Positions 49,296 through 59,271 of a stretch of DNA of 64,000 bases are shown one piece after another. The stretch is from an uncultured Gemmatimonadaceae bacterium (lineage in GTDB: Bacteria > Gemmatimonadota > Gemmatimonadetes > Gemmatimonadales > Gemmatimonadaceae). Position numbers and translations under genes: made by a program. Within the stretch, counting starts at the first letter, position 1, and each line of letters opens with the position of its first letter. The notes beneath the pieces are model-generated. The model did not search any database and was not told the DNA's origin. It saw only the letters and a list, made by a program, of their open reading frames with translations. The stretch lies in assembly GCA_963781585.1 (NCBI GenBank), contig CAWAGQ010000005.1:288001-352000 (forward strand). The letters are read 5' to 3'.

Positions 49296-50678
49296 GTGGA
49301 GCTAATCTTCTCAGGTGCAGATCGCGAGGTGACGGGTTCCTGTCACCTCGTTCGCGTCAGCGGAAGGACGATGGCGCTGGACTGCGGTCTCTTCCAGGGG
49401 AAGCGGAGCGACGCCGAGGCAAAGAACAGGATGCTCCCCCTGCCCGTGAGCGAACTCGAGGCCATCGTGCTATCGCACGCACACATCGACCACTCAGGTC
49501 GGCTGCCGTTCCTGGCACACGAGGGGTTCGCCAACCGGATCTGGGCGACGGCGGCCACGCGGGATCTGTGCGCTTACATGTTAATGGATTCGGCCCATAT
49601 TCAGGAAAAAGACGCCGAATTTCTGGCGCGCAGGAACAAGCCCTGTGCGGATCCACTGTACGCCACCGCGGACGTGCCGGTCGTAATGGAGCACATGATC
49701 GGCGTGCCATATCACCACACGTTCGACGTCGCGCCCGGCCTCCGGGCTACTTTTGTCGATGCCGGGCACATCCTCGGGTCGGCCTCGGTCGTTCTCGACT
49801 GCGAGGAGAACGGTACCTCCCGCCGATTGGCGTTCTCGGGCGACATAGGCCGAGCGGGGCTCCCAATCATCAGAAATCCTGAGCTGCCGAAGGACGTCGA
49901 TGTCGTGGTCATGGAGTCGACGTATGGCAATCGGGACCATGAACCCGTACAGGATGCGCGCCAGCGACTTGGCGAAATCGTCCACACGACCGCGGCACGA
50001 GGCGGCCGCGTGCTCATCCCTGCGTTTGCCGTCGGGCGAACCCAGGAAATACTCTACGAGCTCCACGCCCTCGTCCGGGCGGGGCAGGTTCCGCCGCTGC
50101 CGATTTACGTCGACAGCCCCCTGGCAATCGACGCGACTTCCGTGTTCGAGCTCCACCCGGAAACGTTCGACAAGAGCGAAGATCTGGTGAAACAGGTGCA
50201 ACAACTGTTTCGCTTCGAGCTCGTTCGCTATACCCGTGATGTAGAGGAGTCGAAGGCCCTGAACGAGCTGCGCGGCCCGATGGTGATCATCGCGGCGTCC
50301 GGAATGGCGGAGTCGGGGCGCATTCTCCACCACTTGCTCCACGGTGCGTCCGATCCCCGAAATACTGTGCTGATCGTCGGTTTTCAGGCTGAACACACGC
50401 TCGGTCGCCGCATCGTTGAGCGACGACCCACGATCAAGGTCTTTGGAGAGGAGATTCCTCTACGCGCACAAGTGGAAGTGCTGAATGGCTATAGCGCACA
50501 TGCGGATCGGCACGAACTCGTCGCATGGGCTGAAGGAGTACGTAAGACTTCTCCGCGGCTCCACCAGGTGCATCTTGTCCACGGTGAGCCGGAAGCACAG
50601 GAAGGCCTGAGTCAACTCCTCCGCGCACGGGGATTCAACGTGAATGCGCCAGCCCGAGGCGAACGGGCGACGTTCTGA
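49296..50678 (+). CDS. MBL-fold beta-CASP ribonuclease (TTHA0252/Ysh1-like)
   Basis: Motifs GADREVTGS, SHAHIDHSG, AGHILGS, FSGD, ESTYG, PAFAVGRTQE, SAHAD and VHGE. Confidence 0.92.
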   Translation: MELIFSGADREVTGSCHLVRVSGRTMALDCGLFQGKRSDAEAKNRMLPLPVSELEAIVLSHAHIDHSGRLPFLAHEGFANRIWATAATRDLCAYMLMDSAHIQEKDAEFLARRNKPCADPLYATADVPVVMEHMIGVPYHHTFDVAPGLRATFVDAGHILGSASVVLDCEENGTSRRLAFSGDIGRAGLPIIRNPELPKDVDVVVMESTYGNRDHEPVQDARQRLGEIVHTTAARGGRVLIPAFAVGRTQEILYELHALVRAGQVPPLPIYVDSPLAIDATSVFELHPETFDKSEDLVKQVQQLFRFELVRYTRDVEESKALNELRGPMVIIAASGMAESGRILHHLLHGASDPRNTVLIVGFQAEHTLGRRIVERRPTIKVFGEEIPLRAQVEVLNGYSAHADRHELVAWAEGVRKTSPRLHQVHLVHGEPEAQEGLSQLLRARGFNVNAPARGERATF

Positions 50679-50778
50679 TGCGCCTCTCGGTAGCCGCCAG
50701 GAGGAAGGCATCAACCGGTTCGTGCAGCACTGCCTGCGGGCGCCGTGCGGGCCAGCGAGCCTGTCGTGATCCCCGCCA

Positions 50779-51441
50779 GTGCCACCGGTCGATGTACTCG
50801 GGTCGATGCCATTGAAGCGTCCGGAGGAACTTCAGCCGACACGGCGTCGCAGCAAGCTCCTGTCGATGGTAGGCGCCGGTGGCGCAGGCGCGTGGCTGCT
50901 CAGCCTTGGCGCCGTGGTGGTGTGGGGGGCGCGCGATGGGGCCGCCCCCGCAGACGCCATAGTCGTCATGGGAGCGGCACAATACGCTGGTCGTCCATCG
51001 CCCGTTCTGAAGGCGCGGCTCGATCACGCCGTCGCGCTCTGGAAGCGTGGCCTCGCGCCCTGGCTGATTCTCACTGGCGGAACCGGCGTCGGGGACACAA
51101 CCAGCGAGGCGGCGGTCAGCCGACGCTACGCATTACGGCAGGGCATTCCGGACAGCGTACTCCTGCTTGAAAACCAGGGGCGAACCACAGACGCGTCGCT
51201 TGCCGCCGTCGCCGATATCATGCGTGGCCACCACTTGGCGCGAGCGATCCTGGTCAGCGACCCGTTCCACATGCTTCGCCTTCAGATCCTTGCGCGACGA
51301 TTGGGATTCGAATGCGTGACGTCGCCGACGCGCACGAGTCCGATCTCTGCTAGCTGGACAAGAGCGTTAGGCTACATGCTGAGCGAGTCGATCAAGGTGC
51401 CGGTCGCGGCTATTCTCGGAGTCCTCCAAGGTCATGCCTAA
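50779..51441 (+). CDS. YdcF/DUF218 family protein
   Basis: Motifs ADAIVVMGAA, RLDHAV, TGG, SEA and VSDPFHMLR; N-terminal TM. Confidence 0.85.
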   Translation: MPPVDVLGSMPLKRPEELQPTRRRSKLLSMVGAGGAGAWLLSLGAVVVWGARDGAAPADAIVVMGAAQYAGRPSPVLKARLDHAVALWKRGLAPWLILTGGTGVGDTTSEAAVSRRYALRQGIPDSVLLLENQGRTTDASLAAVADIMRGHHLARAILVSDPFHMLRLQILARRLGFECVTSPTRTSPISASWTRALGYMLSESIKVPVAAILGVLQGHA

Positions 51442-52183
51442 GCCCCACAGCCGATGCCCGTTGCCTTCGGCGATCCCGTCAGGCTGTGCATTGGTGACCG
51501 AAGGCGGTCGCCGGCATGCGAGCGAGACCCTAGCCAGCGCCTTCTCGCCCGTCCGGAGCGTGTTGGGCGTGGCACTCCTTGGGGTGGTCCCGGTGTTCGC
51601 CGTCGGTTCAGTCGGTTCAGCCCAGAGTGCGCCGGGGCCCATCTTCCGTATCGAGCCAGGGCTGATGAGCACAGATGTCGTCTCCGTGCCAGCGGGCGTT
51701 GCCTCAGCGACGGGGTTCAACGTCCGGTTCGAAACACGACTTCCGACGATACATCGCTGGCTGACGCCGGTAATCGGGGCGTCGATCACGCCATATGGAA
51801 CGAGCGGCATCAGGAATCGAAGCCGGAATGCACCGTTGTTGTTCGTGGGCAACGTATTTCCGTTTGTTTCAGCCCAGAAAACAGCGGGCTGGGCAACGGT
51901 AGATGTTCCGCTGCTTCTCTACTATTCGTACGGTGGGGGAGGCGTCCATAATGACAGGCTCTACGGACGGGATTTGTTTCTGCAGATCGCGGCACGCGTG
52001 CATGTGGGTCAGAAAATGCTCCATGACCTTGGCGCATTCTGGTCCAGGGTCGACGCCTACGCGTTCCTCGAGCAGACCATGACTCCCAACCGCGATAGTG
52101 TGAGCAGGCGTGTCGACCGCTTCAACCCCGTTGTGCTCATTGGCTTGTCGATGCCGTTCGGCGCGACCAGTTCGGGTCGATGA
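51434..52183 (+). CDS. Hypothetical exported protein
   Basis: Fills the operon gap with overlapping start and stop codons; signal-like segment and beta-strand-rich sequence. Confidence 0.55.
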   Translation: MPKPHSRCPLPSAIPSGCALVTEGGRRHASETLASAFSPVRSVLGVALLGVVPVFAVGSVGSAQSAPGPIFRIEPGLMSTDVVSVPAGVASATGFNVRFETRLPTIHRWLTPVIGASITPYGTSGIRNRSRNAPLLFVGNVFPFVSAQKTAGWATVDVPLLLYYSYGGGGVHNDRLYGRDLFLQIAARVHVGQKMLHDLGAFWSRVDAYAFLEQTMTPNRDSVSRRVDRFNPVVLIGLSMPFGATSSGR

Positions 52184-53469
52184 CCATCCACTCCTTCCAC
52201 ATTCCGCTGGACACAGAACGCCTGGGGAACGGCCTTCGTGTCGTCTTTTCCCAGGACCACACCGTCCCGATCGTCGCTGTCAATCTGTGGTATCACGTCG
52301 GCTCAGCGAACGAGCGTCCCGGTCGGACGGGCTTCGCGCACCTATTCGAACACATGCTGTTTCAAGGCTCGGCGCACGTGGCGGCAAATGAGCACTTCGA
52401 GTTGGTGCAGCGAGCTGGCGGCACGCTGAACGGGTCGACCTGGCTGGATCGGACGAACTACTTTGAAACGGTTCCGGCGAATCATCTGGAGCTGGCGCTC
52501 TGGCTCGAAGCGGACAGAATGGGCGCTCTCCTTCCGGCGATGACGCAAGCCAAGCTGGATACCCAGCGCGAGGTGGTGAAGAACGAACGGCGTTGGACCG
52601 TGGACAATCAGCCGTATGGGACGTGGTGGGAAAGGCTACCAGCCCTCTGCTTCCCAGCCGAGCACCCGTTCCATCACTCGCTTATCGGTTCAATGGAAGA
52701 CCTGTCGGCAGCGAGTCTCGAAGACGTGGCCGCATTCTTCCGCCTGTACTACACACCGGACAATGCCGTGCTGACCCTGGCCGGAGACTTCGAGCGAGGG
52801 GAAGCGGAGGCCCTCGTCCGGAAGCACTTCGGGCCAATTCCTGCTGGTACGGGAACGCCGCCTCTGCCGCCCATGGGCCTGCCGGGGGTGTTCGGCGACT
52901 GGCGCAGAGAAGTCGTGCCGGACAGCGTCGTGGTTCCGCGTCTGTTCCTGGCTTTCCGATCGTCGGTCTTCGGGAGCGGATCGTACCACACGGGAAGTCT
53001 GTGCGCTGCCGTACTTGGTGGTCAGCGAGGAAGTCGCCTGTACCGCACGCTGGTGCGTGACAAGCAGGTCGCATCATCGGCGACCGCGTTCACGTTCGAT
53101 CTCGCGGTTGCGCAGGACCTGCTGATTGTCGATGTGACTGCCCGTCCGGGAGTTAGCGCGGAAACGCTCGAGGCAGCCGTGGTTGAGGTGGTGGATGAAC
53201 TCCAACAGAATGGTCCCGCTGCGGCAGAACTGGAACGCGCGCGCTCTCTCGTCGAGACCGAATTCGCCAATGCGCTGCAAAGCGCTGGCGAGCGCGCGGA
53301 TCGTCTGTCGCAGTTCGCGACCTATCTCGGGGATCCTGGGCGAGTCAACGATCACGTGGCGCGGTACCACGAGGTACGGGTGGACGACGTCCGCCTCTTT
53401 GCCGCGACGCAACTGGGCCCGGACAACCGGGCCAGCCTGCTGTACGTTCCTCGCCAGGGTGAGGAGTGA
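52180..53469 (+). CDS. M16 zinc peptidase, catalytic subunit (cytoplasmic)
   Basis: LGNGLRV, WYHVGS, GFAHLFEHMLF, WLEADRM and VVKNERR; no signal peptide. Confidence 0.9.
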   Translation: MTIHSFHIPLDTERLGNGLRVVFSQDHTVPIVAVNLWYHVGSANERPGRTGFAHLFEHMLFQGSAHVAANEHFELVQRAGGTLNGSTWLDRTNYFETVPANHLELALWLEADRMGALLPAMTQAKLDTQREVVKNERRWTVDNQPYGTWWERLPALCFPAEHPFHHSLIGSMEDLSAASLEDVAAFFRLYYTPDNAVLTLAGDFERGEAEALVRKHFGPIPAGTGTPPLPPMGLPGVFGDWRREVVPDSVVVPRLFLAFRSSVFGSGSYHTGSLCAAVLGGQRGSRLYRTLVRDKQVASSATAFTFDLAVAQDLLIVDVTARPGVSAETLEAAVVEVVDELQQNGPAAAELERARSLVETEFANALQSAGERADRLSQFATYLGDPGRVNDHVARYHEVRVDDVRLFAATQLGPDNRASLLYVPRQGEE

Positions 53470-54878
53470 TTTTGGGACGGCAGGCCCGCAGTTCTCCTGA
53501 CGCTTCGGTCTCACCGCGACCGACAGCCGCTCCGCCACGGCCGTACAGGTTCCCCCAGTTCACGCGACACTTGCTGCCAAACGGAGTCGTGCTGCTCGTA
53601 GCGCCGCTTGCTCGGCTGCCGCTGGTCACCGTTCGTCTTCTCGTCGATGCTGGTGCGAGCGTAGAGACGCCGCAGACTGCTGGCACCGCCGCGCTCACCG
53701 TGCGCGCACTGGCCGAGGGGACACTGCACCTCGGCGGCGCGGAACTGGCAGAAGAATTCGAGCGTCTCGGCGGCGCTCTCGACGTGTCGGCAACCTGGGA
53801 CGGGGCGCATCTGTCCACAACAGTCCTCCGGGGACGCTTCGACCAGGTCCTGGCCTTGCTTGGCGAGGTGCTTCTGACCCCGTCATTTCTGGCGCGCGAA
53901 GTCGACCGCCTGAGAGCCGAACGCCTCGCGGAACTGCTTGAACTGGAGGCCGAACCCCGCGGCCTTGCGGATCAGCGCTTTTCCTCGTTTGTCTATTCCG
54001 CCGCATCGCGCTTCTGTCTGCCAGAAGGAGGCTCGCCTGATACCGTGCGTGGCGTGTCCAATGGCATGGTGCGTACGTTTTACGAGACACACTTCCGCCC
54101 GGATGCCACGACGGTAGTTGTTGTAGGCGATGTGTCGGCGGACCAGGTATTGCGTGGCGTGGAATCCGTCTTTGGCGCGTGGGGCGGTCATCCTGTAGGG
54201 CGGCCCGCGATGGTGGTCGCGCCAGCCTACCAGCGGAGGACGGTGCACGTGATTGCACGGTCCGGGGCACCGCAGTCGGAGCTGCGAGTGGGCCACATCG
54301 GAATCCCCCGACCTCATCCGGACTACTTCAGTGCGGTGGTGTTGAACGCAATACTCGGCGGCGTCTTCAATTCGCGCGTGAACATAAACCTCCGCGAACG
54401 CCACGGATTTACCTACGGCGCCTTCTCGTCGTTCGAATGGCGGCGTGCGGCAGGGCCATTCACCATCTCTACAGCTGTCGCGACTGACGTCACCGCGCGC
54501 GCCGTGGGCGAAATTCTGCGAGAGGTCGACATCATGCGAGGCGCACCGCCCTCGCCGGAGGAGCTCTCCCATGTTCAATCATTCCTGGAAGGCGTCTTCC
54601 CGATTCGATTCGAAACCACCGAGGCAATAGCGGGTGCGCTCACTGTCCTTCGCGCATTTGATCTTCCGGAGGACTACTACGATTCGTACCGAGCCCGGAT
54701 TGACGCGGTGACGGCAGCCGAGGTCCAGCAGGCTGCGCAAAGACACCTTCACCCGGATCTCCTGCAGATTGTTGCGGTTGGTGATTCTTCGCGCATTGGT
54801 CCGGACCTCGAGGCTCTCGAGCTCGGACCGGTAACGTATAGCGACCCGGACGGGACACCGGCACGCCAAACCTCGTAG
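53466..54878 (+). CDS. M16 peptidase, non-catalytic subunit
   Basis: LPNGV and LGGVFNSRVNINLRERHGFTYG; no HxxEH. Confidence 0.88.
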   Translation: MILGRQARSSPDASVSPRPTAAPPRPYRFPQFTRHLLPNGVVLLVAPLARLPLVTVRLLVDAGASVETPQTAGTAALTVRALAEGTLHLGGAELAEEFERLGGALDVSATWDGAHLSTTVLRGRFDQVLALLGEVLLTPSFLAREVDRLRAERLAELLELEAEPRGLADQRFSSFVYSAASRFCLPEGGSPDTVRGVSNGMVRTFYETHFRPDATTVVVVGDVSADQVLRGVESVFGAWGGHPVGRPAMVVAPAYQRRTVHVIARSGAPQSELRVGHIGIPRPHPDYFSAVVLNAILGGVFNSRVNINLRERHGFTYGAFSSFEWRRAAGPFTISTAVATDVTARAVGEILREVDIMRGAPPSPEELSHVQSFLEGVFPIRFETTEAIAGALTVLRAFDLPEDYYDSYRARIDAVTAAEVQQAAQRHLHPDLLQIVAVGDSSRIGPDLEALELGPVTYSDPDGTPARQTS

Positions 54879-54961
54879 GTCTGGGACTGGAGTCCGCGCA
54901 GGCTTCGTGATGCTTGCGGCCGCCGAAGACCTTCACCTCCACGCCGCGTCAGGAGCACCGA

Positions 54962-55513
54962 GTGCCAAAGAGCCCTCGCGTCGGCACCCGCCGCGTGTAT
55001 ACCGGTCGGGTGATCAACCTCGACATCGACACGGTGCGCTATCCGGATGGCTCAGTCGGCGAGCTGGAGATGATTCGGCACCCCGGCGCGAGCGCCGTCG
55101 TACCGTTTCTCACCGATCCTCGTCGAGACGATCCGGAAATCCTGCTCCTGCGGCAGTATCGGTACGCCTCCGAGCAGTTCCTCTACGAGATTCCCGCTGG
55201 CCGCCTTCAGGACGGGGAGGCTCCGCTTACGTGCGCTCGCCGCGAGTTGGCTGAAGAGACCGGCTGTTCCGCCGAGCGGTTCGATCACCTGACCTCGTTC
55301 TTCACCACTCCCGGATTCACCGATGAGCGAATACACGCCTATATGGCAACGGGTCTAGCACGCGGAACTGTCCAACATGAGCCTGATGAGTTCATTCAGA
55401 TCCTGTCGCGGCCGATCTCGGCAGTAATGACGATGATCGAGCGTGGAGAAATCACGGATGCCAAGACGATTGTCTCCCTGATGTACGTAGCTTCGTTCCG
55501 CCCAAGGCATTAG
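54962..55513 (+). CDS. NUDIX hydrolase, ADP-ribose pyrophosphatase-like
   Basis: HPGASAVV, RQYRY, EIPAG...ARRELAEETG Nudix box and DAKT; AGGAG SD before GTG 54962. Confidence 0.9.
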   Translation: MPKSPRVGTRRVYTGRVINLDIDTVRYPDGSVGELEMIRHPGASAVVPFLTDPRRDDPEILLLRQYRYASEQFLYEIPAGRLQDGEAPLTCARRELAEETGCSAERFDHLTSFFTTPGFTDERIHAYMATGLARGTVQHEPDEFIQILSRPISAVMTMIERGEITDAKTIVSLMYVASFRPRH

Positions 55514-55592
55514 CGCTGTGCAAGGGATCTTTCTGAGAGCGTCCTTACTGAAATGCGTTGCCGACGATGTCCGTTTTTGATGTCTGGCCTGG

Positions 55593-55722
55593 TGTCACCA
55601 GACGGTGACAGGCTCTCGTATCAGGAACGGATTACGGAGCGTCGCGGTTAGTCCAATCCATTGCCGTGACACAGCTTAGGCAGGCATGCTCAAGCCGAGT
55701 TCCGTTGGGCACAGTGAGTGCC
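55593..55722 (+). promoter_or_regulatory. Putative sigma54 promoter with upstream palindrome, preceding the ECF sigma gene
   Basis: gGGCACagtgagtGCc (GG 55708-09, GC 55720-21); palindrome tgtcacc-agac-ggtgaca at 55593-55610. Confidence 0.45.
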
Positions 55723-55816
55723 GTTACAGCTTTGCGCAGCGTGCAGGGGGTACACTGTTCGAACACACTTGGTCAGCGCCTCACTCTAATGTTGTGGTCG
55801 CTAGGGGGATGAAACT

Positions 55817-56455
55817 ATGTCTGACGTCGCACTGAGAACGACGATTCCCTCGTCGGGCGCGGCAGTCAGGGAACAGCTGCGAAGCCTTGAGGATGGCGCG
55901 GTGGTAAGCGCCTTTCTTACGGGCGAACAGCGCGCGTTCGAGGAACTTGTCGATCGGTATCAAACACGCCTGCTGAACTTCATTTATCGGACGACGGGTG
56001 ATCGGGAACGGGCCGAGGACCTTGTCCAGGAGGTCTTCATCAGGGTCTATCGGCACCTGCATCGGTTCGATCGTTCCAAGAAGTTTTCGACCTGGATCTA
56101 CACCATTGCTTCAAACCTTGCCAAGAACGAGCTCCGCAACCGTTCGCGGAATCCGCTGGTTCTTTTCCAGACGATCAAGAGGAACTGGCAGGACGAGGAC
56201 CGTCCACTCCAGTTTGAGGATCCGGCATCTCGCCCGGACGACCTGTTCAGAAAGCGATACCTTCGTGAGCTCGTGGAGGGCTCTGTGCAGAAGCTGCCTC
56301 CACATCATCGGCAGGTCTTCGTGCTCCGAGAATTGGAGGGCAAGTCGTACGAAGAGATCGCTGAGATCACAGCGTGCAACCTTGGAACTGTAAAATCCAG
56401 GCTCAATCGAGCGCGAAATGCGTTCGCGTCTATCATCGCCCCGCACCTTGAGTAG
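55817..56455 (+). CDS. ECF RNA polymerase sigma factor (RpoE/SigW-like)
   Basis: Motifs AFEELVDRYQ, AEDLVQEVF, FSTWIYTIASN, SYEEIAE and GTVKSRLNRAR. Confidence 0.95.
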   Translation: MSDVALRTTIPSSGAAVREQLRSLEDGAVVSAFLTGEQRAFEELVDRYQTRLLNFIYRTTGDRERAEDLVQEVFIRVYRHLHRFDRSKKFSTWIYTIASNLAKNELRNRSRNPLVLFQTIKRNWQDEDRPLQFEDPASRPDDLFRKRYLRELVEGSVQKLPPHHRQVFVLRELEGKSYEEIAEITACNLGTVKSRLNRARNAFASIIAPHLE

Positions 56456-56670
56456 CAGGGAGTAGGGAAGTCGAGTCAACGGGCCGTGTCGGGGCAGCAT
56501 GCCAGACACGGCCCGTTTGACGTCAAGCGCCCGAACCAGGGGGTGGGTGAGACAAGGCCGGCGGGGCTGGACGGCCAGGGGAACCAGAGGCAGGATTAGC
56601 CGGAACCCGCATAGACAGGGCGGGTACCCGGAACGAGGCTTGCGAAGGCGTCCCACCCCCCTGAGCGCCG

Positions 56671-57225
56671 ATGGACTGCCGATCGTTCAAAAAGAAGCAT
56701 CTCTCGTTTGTCGATGATACGCTGTCGGGCGTCGAAACGGACGCCATGCGAGAGCACCTTGGACTTTGTCCCGGTTGTGCCCGTCAAGATGCTTCGGTGC
56801 GTCGCGCCTTGCTCATACTCCGGAACCTGCCTTCACTTGATGTATCGCCAGATTTCTCGGGTCGGCTGAAGGAGCGCATCTCCTTCGAGGCAAGGAGTCA
56901 GCGCACCCAGCATCTGTTCCATGGACCCAGCGTCGCGGCTTTTTTCGGCCTGGCCGGCGCCGTGGTGGCGGTGGGAGTCTTGGGTATCGGGTTGGCCGAC
57001 CGCGACGCATTGCCTAATCCCCCGAGTTTGGCTGCCGCGGTGGTCGCCCCCCGCGAGATCGCGCCACGTGCTGTTGATAACGACATCGCCGCCCCTGCGT
57101 TCGTCGCCTCAATGTCCACCGGAATCCCCGTGTGGCCGGCCCTGCTCCTGGCGGAGCAGGGCTCTTTGCGCTTCGCGACCACCGAGCTGACGCCGACTTC
57201 GTACCACGCGGCCCCGCAACCTTAA
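56671..57225 (+). CDS. Zinc-finger (zf-HC2) anti-sigma factor, membrane-anchored
   Basis: MDC...HLGLCPGC (HxxxCxxC) and one TM segment; follows the ECF sigma gene. Confidence 0.85.
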   Translation: MDCRSFKKKHLSFVDDTLSGVETDAMREHLGLCPGCARQDASVRRALLILRNLPSLDVSPDFSGRLKERISFEARSQRTQHLFHGPSVAAFFGLAGAVVAVGVLGIGLADRDALPNPPSLAAAVVAPREIAPRAVDNDIAAPAFVASMSTGIPVWPALLLAEQGSLRFATTELTPTSYHAAPQP

Positions 57226-57328
57226 GAGAGTCGGTCCGCTCCCGTATCCCGGGAGTTTCGGCGACGTCAGACCGGAGCAGTCGACGAGTCGGGGAGGGCC
57301 TGATTCTCCGTCGACTTATATTGGACTC

Positions 57329-58378
57329 ATGTCGACGGCTACCGAGCGCGCATTGCAGAAGGCCATGCACGAAAAGACCTTCGACCAAGTGTACTACTTC
57401 CATGGTGAGGACGACTATCGGAAGGAACGAGCCGCGCGCGCTCTCGTTACGGCGGCACTGGAAGCCTCGACTCGAGACTTCAACTGCGACGCCCTGTACG
57501 GTCCCAGCATATCAGCGCAGGAACTGGAAGTTTCACTCGCTACCCCCCCGATGCTGGCGAAACGGCGAGCCATCACCGTGCGCGATGTGCATGGGCTCGC
57601 GAGGAATGCCCGGGCGGTCTTGGACGCGTACTTGAATCGTCCTGCCGGGGATGTGCTGCTGGTGATGGTGAGTCCCGCGGGTCAGAAGAGCGACGCCGCG
57701 CTGGTCGAAGCATCGGTGGCCGTAGAGTTCGCGGCGCTCTCCCCCGAGCAGGTGCTGCGCTGGATCGTGCGTCACGCATCAACCGAATTGGGTACGGACG
57801 TGACTCTTGGCGCCGCGTCGTTACTTCGGGATGCCGTCGGTGGTGATTCAGCACTCCTGGCAGCGGAGCTTGACAAGTTGGCGAGCTACACTTCTGGTGC
57901 TGTCATAACGGAGGAAACCATTACCGCCGTAGTTGGCATGCGGCGGGGTGAGTCGCTGGCGGACCTGCTCGACGCCGTCGCCGCCAGAGATGCGGCGCGC
58001 GCGGTGTCGCTGGTCGAGCCGGTATTGATGCAGCCGAAGATGTCCGCGGTGACGGTTGTGATGGCGCTGGCAACACAGACGCTCGCGATCGGATGGGGAT
58101 GCGCGCGTAACGAAGAGAGTGGACGGCGATGCTCAGAGCGCGATTATTGGTCTCTTCTGCGCGACAGTCGCGTCTACCCGAACCGAAGCTGGGGCGACGC
58201 GGTCGCCGCCTGGATGCGCGGCACGGGTCTGTGGAGCGCACGGGCGTGCGAGGAGGGGATGGCGCTCCTTCTCTCAGCCGACCATGCCGCGAAAGAAACC
58301 CGACTTTCGTCAGACACTCAGTTGCTGACGTCTCTGGTGCTCGAACTGTGTGCCGCGGGCGACCGTGCGGTGGCATGA
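57329..58378 (+). CDS. holA: DNA polymerase III delta subunit
   Basis: Motifs VYYFHGEDDY, RDFNCDALYG, TPPMLAKRR and ELDKLASY. Confidence 0.88.
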   Translation: MSTATERALQKAMHEKTFDQVYYFHGEDDYRKERAARALVTAALEASTRDFNCDALYGPSISAQELEVSLATPPMLAKRRAITVRDVHGLARNARAVLDAYLNRPAGDVLLVMVSPAGQKSDAALVEASVAVEFAALSPEQVLRWIVRHASTELGTDVTLGAASLLRDAVGGDSALLAAELDKLASYTSGAVITEETITAVVGMRRGESLADLLDAVAARDAARAVSLVEPVLMQPKMSAVTVVMALATQTLAIGWGCARNEESGRRCSERDYWSLLRDSRVYPNRSWGDAVAAWMRGTGLWSARACEEGMALLLSADHAAKETRLSSDTQLLTSLVLELCAAGDRAVA

Positions 58379-59271
58379 GGGCCCATCTCGCCCGCCGCTG
58401 GCCGCGGCGTCCGGTTGAGTACGCGCTACTCCTGGCGGTGGCCATAGCCGGGCCTGTCGCAGTGCGCGCCCAGGAGGGTGACAGTGCGCTCACGCGTATC
58501 GAGCATCTGGTGACGGCCGGCGATCGCGCGGGCGCTCGTGCGGTCGCCGAGTCGCTCCTCGCTGTGGTGCCGCCCCGATCACCACAATATCCCGACGTGC
58601 TATACTGGCGCGCTTTCACCGCGGGCAACGCGGCGGAAGCGGAGCGGGACTATCTGCGACTGAGTATCGAGTATCCGCTCTCGCGGCACGCGGCCGATGC
58701 CCTGCTGAATCTCGCTCTTCTCGAGTATGCGCGCGGGGATCGCAGAGCGGCGCAGCGACACTTTGACCGGTTGCTCCTCGAGCATCCTGCTGGACCACAG
58801 GTTGCCAAGGCGACCTACTGGAGTGGGCGACTGTCGCTGGAAGGAGGCGACAGCGGTCGTGGCTGCGCCCTTTTGTCGTCGGCAAGGAAGGCTGTGTCGC
58901 GCGATGACATCGAGCTGGTGAATCAGATTGACTACTATGGATCGCGGTGTGCGGCCGTAACAGACTCCGCGACGACGGCTGGAGGGGACTCCAGCACAAG
59001 CATTACCAGGCGGGACAGCGCGGTCGCGTCGGGAGGAAATGCAGGTCGGGCATTCAGCGTTCAGGTCGGGGCCTTCACGACGAAGCGCGAGGCGACGAGA
59101 GTCGCTGCTCGGATGAAGCAGCGGGGATTCAGTGCGCGCGTGGCCGGTGATCGAGCCCCTTATCGGGTGCGGATCGGGCGATTCGCGACCCGGCAGGAGG
59201 CGGCCGCGGAGTTGGCGCGCGTACGGCGAACGACTCCGCAAGCGATTGTTGTCGAGGCGGAGCCGCGATGA
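58375..59271 (+). CDS. TPR + SPOR domain exported protein
   Basis: Signal peptide, TPR-like repeats (EYPLSRHAADAL) and C-terminal FSVQVGAF...YRVRIGRF. Confidence 0.85.
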   Translation: MRAHLARRWPRRPVEYALLLAVAIAGPVAVRAQEGDSALTRIEHLVTAGDRAGARAVAESLLAVVPPRSPQYPDVLYWRAFTAGNAAEAERDYLRLSIEYPLSRHAADALLNLALLEYARGDRRAAQRHFDRLLLEHPAGPQVAKATYWSGRLSLEGGDSGRGCALLSSARKAVSRDDIELVNQIDYYGSRCAAVTDSATTAGGDSSTSITRRDSAVASGGNAGRAFSVQVGAFTTKREATRVAARMKQRGFSARVAGDRAPYRVRIGRFATRQEAAAELARVRRTTPQAIVVEAEPR

